From assembly GCA_030390025.1 (NCBI GenBank), contig JASTWF010000088.1, forward strand, positions 744,001-808,000: DNA of 64,000 nt. Direction: 5' to 3'. Of this stretch, positions 36,138-44,709 are shown one piece after another. Below the pieces are notes generated by a model, which made no database searches, was not told where the DNA came from, and saw only the letters and a list, made by a program, of their open reading frames with translations. This DNA comes from Squalus acanthias. Taxonomy: Eukaryota. The translations under genes and the position numbers were made by a program. Within the stretch, counting starts at the first letter, position 1. Every line of letters begins with the position of its first letter.

Positions 36138-36184
36138 GACTGTAATTTTACTGTACAGTGTTTAACCTGTGATCTCACTCCCAG

Positions 36185-37003
36185 TCATGTGTGATCAATG
36201 ACACTGATCATCACTGCCCAGGGTCCCCCAGTAATGTGATCAATGATACTGATCGTCACTGCCCAGGGTCTCCCAGTAATGTGACCAATGACACTGATCA
36301 TCACTGCCCAGGGTCTCCCAGTAATGTGATCAATGACACTGATCGTCACTGCCCAGGGTCTCCCAGTAATGTGATCAATGACACTGATCGTCACTGCCCA
36401 GGGTCCCCCAGTAATGTGATCAATGATACTGATCGTCACTGCCCAGGGTCCCCCAGTAATGTGACCAATGACACTGATCGTCACTGCCCAGGGTCTCCCA
36501 GTAATGTGACCAATGACACTGATCGTCACTGCCCAGAGTCTCCCAGTAATGTGATCAATGACACTGATCGTCACTGCCCAGGGTCCCCTAGTAATGTGAT
36601 CAATGACACTGATCGTCACTGCCCAGGGTCTCCCAGTAATGTGACCAATGACACTGATCATCACTGCCCAGGGTCTCCCAGTAATGTGATCAATGACACT
36701 GATCGTCACTGCCCAGGGTCTCCCAGTAATATGACCAATGACATTGATCGTCACTGCCCAGGGTCTCCCAGTAATGTGATCAATGACACTGATCGTCACT
36801 GCCCAGGGTCTCCCAGTAATGTGATCAATGACACTGATCGTCACTGCCCAGGGTCTCCCAGTAATGTGACCAATGACACTGATCATCACTGCCCAGGGTC
36901 TCCCAGTAATGTGATCAATGACACTGATCGTCACTGCCCAGGGTCTCCCAGTAATGTGACCAATGACACTGATCGTCACTGCCCAGGGTCTCCCAGTAAT
37001 GTG
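36185..37003 (+). repeat. 45-bp minisatellite GTGATCAATGACACTGATCGTCACTGCCCAGGGTCTCCCAGTAAT
   Basis: About 18 near-identical units. Confidence 0.97.
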
Positions 37004-37049
37004 TGATCGAACGTCTGTGCTTATGTGTGCTGTCACAAACGCTGATTTC

Positions 37050-37790
37050 AAAATTAGAAAAGCAGAGATTGGGAAATGTTGGTATTCACAGGGACCTGGG
37101 TGTCCTTGTACACAAATCACTGAAAGCTAACTTGCAGGTACAGGAAGCAATTAGGAAAGCAAATGGTATGTTGGCCTTTATTACAAGAGGATTTGAGTAG
37201 AAGAGTAAAGACGTCTTACTGCAATTATATAGGGCCCTGGTGAGACCGTACCTGGAGTATTGTGTAGTTTTGATCTCCTTACCTGAGGAAGGATATACTT
37301 GCCATAGAGGGAGTGCAACGAAGGTTCACCAGACTGGTTCCTGGGAGGGGGAATTGTCCTGCCAGGAGAGATTGACAAGACTAGGCCTATATTCTCTAAA
37401 GTTTAGAAGAATGAGAGGTGATCTCATTGAAACATATAAAATACTTACAGGGCTTGACAGGGTAGATACAGGGAGGATGTTTCCCCTGGCTGGGGAGTCT
37501 AGAACCAGGGGTCACAGTCTCAGAATAAGGGGTCGGCCATATAGGACTGAGAGGAGGAGAAATTTCTTCACTCAGAGGGTGGTGAATCTTTGGAATTCTC
37601 TACCCCAGAGGGCTGTGGAGGCTCAGTCGTTGAGTATATTCAAGACAGAGATCGATAGATTTTTGAATATTACGGGATGTGGGGATAGTGCAGGAAAGTG
37701 GAGTTGAGGTAGAGGATCAGCCATGATCTTATTGAATGGCGGAGCAGGCTCGAAGGGCCAAATGGCCGACTCCTGCTCCTGTTCATTATC
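37050..37790 (+). mobile_element. Degenerate CR1 LINE 3' fragment
   Basis: RDLGVLVHKSLK...RPYLEYC...RRMRGDLIETYKIL...FFTQRVVNLWNSLP with a stop and frameshifts; 3' UTR GGAGCAGGCTCGAAGGGCC...CTCCTGCTCCT. Confidence 0.9.
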
Positions 37791-37799
37791 TGCCCTAAA

Positions 37800-37908
37800 A
37801 TTGCCTTATGTGGCTCAGTGTTATTTTGTTTGATAACACTTCTGTGAAGCGCCTTAGGACGTTTTACTACATTAAAGGCGCTGTATCAATTCAATTTGTT
37901 GTTGTTGT
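37800..37908 (+). mobile_element. L2/SINE-type 3' tail
   Basis: CTGTGAAGCGCCTTAGGACG...AAAGGCGCTGTAT...(TTG)n resembles the tail of the SINE at 31280-31350. Confidence 0.65.
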
Positions 37909-38014
37909 AATGTTTCTGCCTGTTGGACTTTAACCCATGTGTTTGGAACTTGGCCCTGGGTGTGGTTCTGACGATTAGCTGCTGTCCAACTCGGCCCAGG
38001 CTTTTAATCTTATT

Positions 38015-38188
38015 TGAGAAGTCGCACAACACCAGGTTATAGTCCAACAGTTTTATTTGAAATCACCTGACGAAGGAGCAGCCGCTCCGAAAGCTTGTGA
38101 TTTCAAATAAAACTGTTGGACTATAACCTGGTGTTGTGTGACTTCTCACTTTTGTCCACCCCAGTCCAACACCGGCATCTCCGCATCA
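38015..38188 (+). mobile_element. 174-bp Penelope-type foldback insertion with 12-bp target-site duplication
   Basis: 52-bp inverted arms 38015-38066 and 38097-38148 (one mismatch); TTTAATCTTATT at both 38003-38014 and 38189-38200. Confidence 0.85.
38060..38103 (+). ncRNA. Minimal type I hammerhead ribozyme motif
   Basis: Helix I AAATCAC/GTGATTT; core CTGACGA 38067-38073; one extra A; helix II GGAGC-AGCC-GCTCC; GAAA 38089-38092; palindromic AGCT helix III; CUU triplet. Confidence 0.7.
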
Positions 38189-38559
38189 TTTAATCTTATT
38201 GGAAGCATCTCCAAATTGGCAGCTGCCTGGCCCCACCCATTGCAGTCTTCAGAGCTCCTCCTTACCCAAAGGTCAGAATAAAATAGCAGGAAATAACTGG
38301 GTGGACATATTTCTTTCCAAGATTGTTTAGCTGCGGCTTGTTTTATATACAAATTGACCCCCGAACACTCCTAAAAATTTCTCAACAAGTAGAGGGGTCG
38401 TCAATCCTTCAATGAGGGAAGCTGGAGGCTTCACTCTGTCCTTTCGAGGCTACCTTTAACTTGGACATACAAATCTGGGATTATCAACACTAATGCAGAC
38501 ACTGAATGGGCCGGTTTCTTGTTTCCAGGATGAAACAGGGTTCATAAATGAGAAAACAA

Positions 38560-39562
38560 CAAGATAAGGAAGAATATTTTTATTCACACCAATGAGCATA
38601 CAAAGAACAGTAGAGAATTGTGCATGCATTACAGGAAATTGGAAGCTAAATCATCAGCGCTGTACCCTCTAAATTCAACAACTCCCAGTTGCAAAAATAC
38701 ACAATAATCAGCATTGAGTGTCTCATGTAGACGATGATTTTTTAGTAAAAGCTAATGTATGTGGTGCTAATCTCCATATTAGGCCAAGTCCAGGTATGAG
38801 GCCTTAACAGCTCAGAACACCGAACTAGGCCGAGATTTCCCCCACACACTGCAGGGTTTCCATGGGTAAATCAGCAGGGTGGAATGGAAGCCAAGTGGGA
38901 AAAGTGCAGGTGGATTCTGACCCGAGGTGTTCCAAACGGAACAGAAGCCCAATATCCAGACCCCGCCCCCCCCGCTGTGAGGTTTGAGCTGGCTGGTACA
39001 GGCGGAAGCTGTTGTGACCTCTGCTGTGTGCGGTGCACATCGAGCAGTGCGTAAGATGTGCATATACCGCTCACATTTCAGGAAAACAGAAGCTTCAAAA
39101 CTAAACCAAACACCGACATATAATATTCAAGTGATTGAGTCGAGTATCCCTCCCCCCTCAGGGATTGAGGTCTCCAGCTCTCAGAGAATGAGGTGACATT
39201 TGAACCTCTCAGCCGAGAGTTTGACTGGGCCTTTCTCGTTCTCGTTTCCTGCTTTAGTTTTAATTTGCTGGGTAACCCGGTCCTTGTGGAGGCAAATTTC
39301 AAATTAAACGAATCAGCGCTTCACAATTTCACTGGACAAGATCTAAAAACATCTCAGAAATGAGCAAGACGTCAAGGACGTAAATTACAGAGATCACAGT
39401 ATCATAAGCAAACCTACTTCCCATCACACATGTAGTTTAAGGGGTCAGATCAATTTATTTATTCATTTTAAAAGTTTACATTTGAAGATAGGTTAAACCA
39501 AAGCTGATTTGCTCCCCAGAAGTGGTCGATTCATTCAATCATCTCACTGCGGCATCCAGTGG
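38560..39562 (-). other. b2m: b2m exon 4 (non-coding 3' UTR; 3' end uncertain)
   Basis: Strong acceptor ctttcttttctctttgttttgcag| at 39563/39562 after a 96-nt intron; AATAAA at 39454-39463 (two overlapping) and 38579-38584. Confidence 0.65.
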
Positions 39563-39673
39563 CTGCAAAACAAAGAGAAAAGAAAGGCGTGGAATTTGAA
39601 CGCCGTGCTGGAACACGTCCCTTCAGTAACCAGGTCTGAGCTGTGAGACACTGCTTACCTCTGCCATGACAGG

Positions 39674-39684
39674 CTAGAAGCTGT
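39674..39684 (-). CDS. b2m: Beta-2-microglobulin exon 3, coding part (D-S-F-stop); whole exon 39659-39684
   Basis: ttctttctgctttcacccacag|AC AGC TTC TAG...GAG|gtaagc; phase 1 matches exon 2; a small stop-containing third exon is the standard b2m layout. Confidence 0.85.
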
Positions 39685-39979
39685 CTGTGGGTGAAAGCAG
39701 AAAGAAACATTAGTCTGTGACCAGATGAGGTGAGGAAACCCCCAGTGGTGGAGCGCTTTGGGAACCATAGGTGCAAAGTCACCTGTTCCTCCCAAGCACG
39801 CTCCACTCACCACACGTCATGTCCCAAGTTACAAATACTGTATCCCAAAATTTTATTTTCTGAAAGAAACCTGCCTGGGTTAATGTTAGGTAAATAGGTC
39901 AGCACCTTCAGAAACACGGTACAGAGATTCTATCCAGAGTGCTAACGTGTTACTGTATCACAGCACATTATTTTAGGCG

Positions 39980-40318
39980 TTAGCCGTGGCTCAGTGGGTG
40001 GCATTCTTGCCTCGGAGTCAGATGGCTGTGGATTCCAAACCCCACTCCAGAGACTTGAGCACAAAACCGAGGCTGGCACTCAAGTGCAGTGCTGAGGGAG
40101 TGCTGCTTTGTCGGAGGTGCCGTCTTTGGGGTGAGACATTAGTCAGAGGCCCCATCAGCCCTTTCAGGTGGATGTAAAAGATCCCAAAGCATTATTTTGA
40201 AGGCGGCCATGGGTGTTCTCTCCAGTGTCCTGGCCAATATTTATCCCTCAACCAACACCCAAAACAGATTACCTGGTCACCATCACATTACTGTTTGTGG
40301 GATCTTGCTGTGCACAAA
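39980..40318 (+). mobile_element. 3'-truncated copy of the Deu-domain tRNA SINE in b2m intron 2
   Basis: Alignable with 30911-31225 (GTGGCTCAGTGGG..., GCTGAGGGAGTGCTGC, TCAGGTGGATGTAAAAGATCCCA, AATATTTATCCCTCAACCAACA). Confidence 0.85.
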
Positions 40319-40648
40319 GCTCAACGGTTTAGTGAAACCACTGAGCCACAGGAACTTGGTCAGTGTAACCTGTTCATGGGCACATTACAGCAAATAAACA
40401 TACTCTCTATACTAGGGTATAAGTACACATTTAATTTTCCAAGGGGTTCATATACAGAATAATGGATACCTGGGAGTGAGTTACAGGCTGGAATCTAACC
40501 GAGGGTTGATGTCAGATGTTCAGTTGAGGAGGAGTCTGTGTTTGCCAGATTATGTGTGTTGGATGGAGTTTGCAACTGATGAGCTGGTACCACAGAGGGA
40601 GAGCGAGAGCTGTGTGCGTTGATGCACATTAACAGACAGATTACTCAC

Positions 40649-40921
40649 CCAGCTGAATCTCTTTCATATCGCCGTTGTGTTGCATCTTGCAGGTATACTT
40701 CACTCCACTTTGGGGGATGAAGTCCACAAACCTGGTGAGCTTGAAGCTCCAGTCTGACTCGAAGGAGAGGTCAGACTGGTTGGCATTGGGGATGCTGTTT
40801 CCATTCTGCAACAGCTCCAGCTTGATGTTGGGTGGGCTGAAATCTTTGGCATGGCACAGCAGAACATTAGATTCGCCTTCCTTTGCGGGTTTGTAGGTAT
40901 ACACCTGCACCTGTGGAGCAG
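40649..40921 (-). CDS. b2m: Beta-2-microglobulin exon 2 (Ig C1 domain)
   Basis: (T)APQVQVYTYKPAKEGESNVLLCHAKDFSPPNIKLELLQNG...QSDLSFESDWSFKLTRFVDFIPQSGVKYTCKMQHNG; b2m hallmarks P-x-V-Q-V-Y, two Cys, SDLSF-x-x-DWSF; tctctag| acceptor and G|gtgagt donor; 273 nt, phase 1/1. Confidence 0.97.
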
Positions 40922-41014
40922 CTAGAGACACACGACAGGGACAGAGTGAGTGAAATTAACAGCAACTGCATTCCAATCCATCACCAACTGGGATCTGCCA
41001 GACACTGGGGCTGA

Positions 41015-41180
41015 GAGATATCCATACACTGACTGGGGTGTCTCAGTCCCACTCTCTGGGAGATATCTGTACACTGACTGGGGTCTCTCAGTCCCAGTCT
41101 CTGGGAGTTATCCGTACACTGACTGGGGTCTCTCAGACCTACTCTCTGGGAGATATCCATGCACTGACTGGGGATCTCTT
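41015..41180 (+). repeat. 45-bp minisatellite in b2m intron 1 (about 3.5 units)
   Basis: GAGATATCCATACACTGACTGGGGTCTCTCAGTCCCACTCTCTGG repeated. Confidence 0.9.
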
Positions 41181-41799
41181 CACCCCAGTGAGAGAGACAA
41201 CAAACACTTAAACAAAAATATAGATAAAGAACGGAAACAAAAGTAGAAGAGAGAAAGATTGGTGAAAAAGCAGAGAAGTGTGTAAGTGGAGTAACAGTGG
41301 CAAGATGTACAGGATACTCGAAACAAAATAAACAGTGTGAGAAGAAAGACGAAAGTAAAAGGCTGAACTGATGTCTGGAGCAAGCTGAAGGGGAGTTTGA
41401 AGATGATGAAATGTTCTGGTGAATGAAGTGTGCAGTTCTCATGGGAGACCTCTGGTCATTGTGTGGCAACAGCACAAACCCAACCCCTTGGCAATGGCTT
41501 TCCTGTTCACTGTTTGTACCAAACTCGCACATCAACTTCACAAACACACTTACACCATTGCTAGGCTCAGCAGGCAGAGGAATCTGTCCTGGGGATGGGG
41601 GCTTCATAAATTCAACAGAACATTATCTGGGGAGAAGCAATAAAGACCCTCTAAGCATGTCCAAACATCTGCCCTCCACAGTGCTCCCCCTTCAGAAAGT
41701 AATGGGTTCCTCCACCATTCCTGTTAACTATAAACGTGGTGTCTGTCATTCACTGCTCCCTACACTGTGTCAAGGCTCAGTCGACTGGCACTTTGTCAA

Positions 41800-42736
41800 G
41801 GAATGAGACCAAAGGGAGAGCTCTTTCAGGGAGAGGGCACAGTGGCAATGGGAATGAGACCAAAGGGAGAGCTCTTTCACGGAAAGGGCACAGTGGCGAT
41901 GGGGAATGGGACCAAGGGGAGAGCTCTTTCACGGAGAGGGCACAGTGGCAATGGGGAATGGGACCAAGGGGAGAGCACTTTCACGGAGAGGGCACAGTGG
42001 CAATGGGGAATGGGACCAAGGGGAGAGCTCTTTCACGGAGAGGGCACAGTGGCGATTGGGAATGGGATTAAGGGGAGCGCTCTTTCACGGAGAGGGCACA
42101 GTGGCGATGGGGAATGGGACCAAGGGGAGAGCTCTTTCACGGAGAGGGCATAGTGGCGATTGGGAATGGGACCAAGGGGAGAGCTCTTTCACGGAGAGGG
42201 CATAGTGGCGATTGGGAATGGGACCAAGGGGAGAGCTCTTTCACGGAGAGGGCATAGTGGCGATTGGGAATGGGACCAAGGGGAGAGCTCTTTCACGGCG
42301 AGGGCACAGTGGCGATTTGGAATGGGACCAAGGGGAGAGCTCTTTCACGGAGAGGGCACAGTGGCGATGGGGAATGGGATTAAGGGGAGCGCTCTTTCAC
42401 GGAGAGGGCACAGTGGCGATGGGGAATGGGACCAAGGGGAGAGCTCTTTCACGGAGAGGGCATAGTGGCGATTGGGAATGGGACCAAGGGGAGAGCTCTT
42501 TCACGGAGAGGGCATAGTGGCGATTGGGAATGGGACCAAGGGGAGAGCTCTTTCACGGAGAGGGCATAGTGGCGATTGGGAATGGGACCAAGGGGAGAGC
42601 TCTTTCACGGAGAGGGCACAGTGGCGATGGGGAATGGGATTAAGGGGAGCGCTCTTTCTGGGAGAGAGGGCACAGTGGCGATGGGGAATGGGACCAAGGG
42701 GAGAGCTCTTTCAGGGAGAGCGGGCACAGTGGCGAT
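41800..42736 (+). repeat. 52-bp minisatellite in b2m intron 1 (about 18 units)
   Basis: GGGAATGGGACCAAGGGGAGAGCTCTTTCACGGAGAGGGCACAGTGGCGATG tandem. Confidence 0.96.
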
Positions 42737-42841
42737 GGTCCGAATGGTCCTATCTGGGTTTTAAATTATTTTCTAAACTCTGCTCAGGAGGCGGCGCACT
42801 CACCTCGGGACCCGGAACACCCAAACACTGAGGTTACTTAC

Positions 42842-42890
42842 TCGCCAGGCAGAGGGTCAGGACTGAGGCCAGGACCACGATCTTCAGCAT
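42842..42890 (-). CDS. b2m: Beta-2-microglobulin exon 1 (signal peptide MLKIVVLASVLTLCLA)
   Basis: Kozak-like GCCATCATG; 16 hydrophobic codons plus 1 nt, then gtaagt; phase 1 fits exon 2. Spliced CDS is 49+273+11 = 333 nt, 110 aa. Confidence 0.9.
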
Positions 42891-42987
42891 GATGGCTGTA
42901 GGCTCACTCCGGGTTCTCAGGCTCGGTTCGGGTTCTCGGGTTCGGTTTCAGGCTCCGCTCCAGTCGCTTCTCGCTCACTCTCTGCTC

Positions 42988-43215
42988 TTCACTTCCTGGG
43001 TTCCCGATTAAACTGCAACAAACAAGCGCCCGAGCACCAATCAGAAAAAGACTGGCCGCGCTCCGCCCCGCCCACTCACCCAATTCCAGCCAATCGCAAT
43101 ATTCATCACCACCGAGTCATCGGTCTCCGGGTAAAAGACCGCTGAACAGTTTGCGAATCGGGAGAGTGAGAGAGGGCGGGTCGGCGAGGGCAGCAGGAGC
43201 GGCGAAAGCGAAAGC
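42988..43215 (-). promoter_or_regulatory. b2m: b2m proximal promoter (ISRE, X1/X2-Y module, extra CCAAT boxes, GC boxes)
   Basis: CpG-rich; GAAAGCGAAAGC 43204-43215 (+); minus strand CCCGGAGACCGATG 43131-43118 overlapping TGACTC, 20-nt spacer, GCGATTGG 43097-43090; CTGATTGG 43044-43037; GGGCGGGGCGG 43073-43063; GGAAGTGAA near 42996-42988. Confidence 0.85.
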
Positions 43216-43252
43216 CAGGGACAAGTAATCGCTGGACTCACATATTTACAGC

Positions 43253-44706
43253 CATGTACAGAGATAGGGAAGGGGTCCACAGAGAAAGGGAACATGTACA
43301 CAGAGATAGGGAACGTGTCCATAGAGATAGGGAACATGTACTCAGAGATAGGGAACATGTATACAGAGAGGGAACATGTACACAGAGATAGGGAACATGT
43401 ACACAGAGATAGGGAACATGTACTCGGAGATAGGGAACATGTATACAGAGAGGGAACATGTACACAGAGATAGGGAACATGTACTCAGAGATAGGGAACA
43501 TGTACTCGGAGATAGGGAACATGTATACAGAGAGGGAACATGTACACAGAGATAGAGAACATGTACTCAGAGATCGGGAACATGTATAGAGAGAGGGAAC
43601 ATGTACACAGAGATAGGGAACATGCACACAGAGTTAGAGAACATGCACACAGAGATAGGAAACATGTACACCGAGAGAGGGAACATGTACTCAAAGATAG
43701 GGAACATATACACACAGAGAGAGGGAACATGTACACAGAGATAGGGAACATATATACAGAGATGGAACATGTACACAGAGATAGGGAACATGTACACAGA
43801 GATAGGGAACATGCACACAGAGATAGAGAACATGTACACAGAGATAGGAAACATGGACACAGAGATAGGGAACATGCACACAGAGATAGAGAACATGTAC
43901 ACAGAGATAGGAAACATGGACACAGAGATAGGGAACATGTACACAGAGAGAGGGAACATGTACACAAAAGAAGTAACATGTACACAGAGATAGGGAACAT
44001 GCACACAGATAGAGAACATGTACACAGAGATGGGAAACATGTACACAGTGATAGAGTACATGTACTCAAAGATAGGGAACATATACACAGAGATAGGGAA
44101 CATGTACACAGAGAGGGAACATGTACACATAGATAGGGAACATGTACACAGAGATAGAGTACATGTACTCAAAGATAGGGAACATATATACAGAGAGAGG
44201 GAACATGTACATAGAGATAGGGAACATACACAGAGAGCGGGAACATGTATAGAGAGAGGGAACATCTACACAGAGATAGAGTACATGTACACAGAGAGAG
44301 GGAGCATGTACACAGAGATAGAGAACATGTGCACAGAGATAGGGAACATGTACACATAGAGAGGAAACATGTACACATAGATAGGGAATATGTACACAGA
44401 GATAGTAAACATTTACACAGAGATAGGGTACATGTACACAGAGAGAAGGAGCATGTACACAGAGATAGGGAACATGTACACAGAGAGAGGAAACATGTAC
44501 ACAGAGATAGGGAACATGTACATAGAGATAGGGTACATGTACACAGAGATAGGGAACATGTACACAGAGATAGGGTACATATACACAGAGAGGGATCATA
44601 CACATAGAGTGGGAACAAATACAGAGAGAGGGAACATGCACACATAGATAGGGTACAAAAACACACAAATAGGGAACATTTACACAGAGATAGGGAACAT
44701 GTACAA
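43253..44706 (+). repeat. ~21-bp minisatellite GGGAACATGTACACAGAGATA
   Basis: Roughly 70 degenerate 19-21-bp units directly upstream of the b2m promoter. Confidence 0.95.
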
Positions 44707-44709
44707 AGA

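Noticed and set aside
36185-37120. Stop-free 15-aa repeat ORFs on both strands
   Set aside because: The 45-bp unit is a multiple of 3 without stops; no splice signals or domain similarity.
40641-40931. 96-aa ORF as a stand-alone gene
   Set aside because: It is b2m exon 2 read into flanking intron; the true boundaries are 40649-40921.
42795-42830. Second strong donor (CCCGAG|gtgagt) downstream of b2m exon 1
   Set aside because: Using it would include an in-frame TAA, and the 14-nt gap to the nearest AG is too short for an intron.
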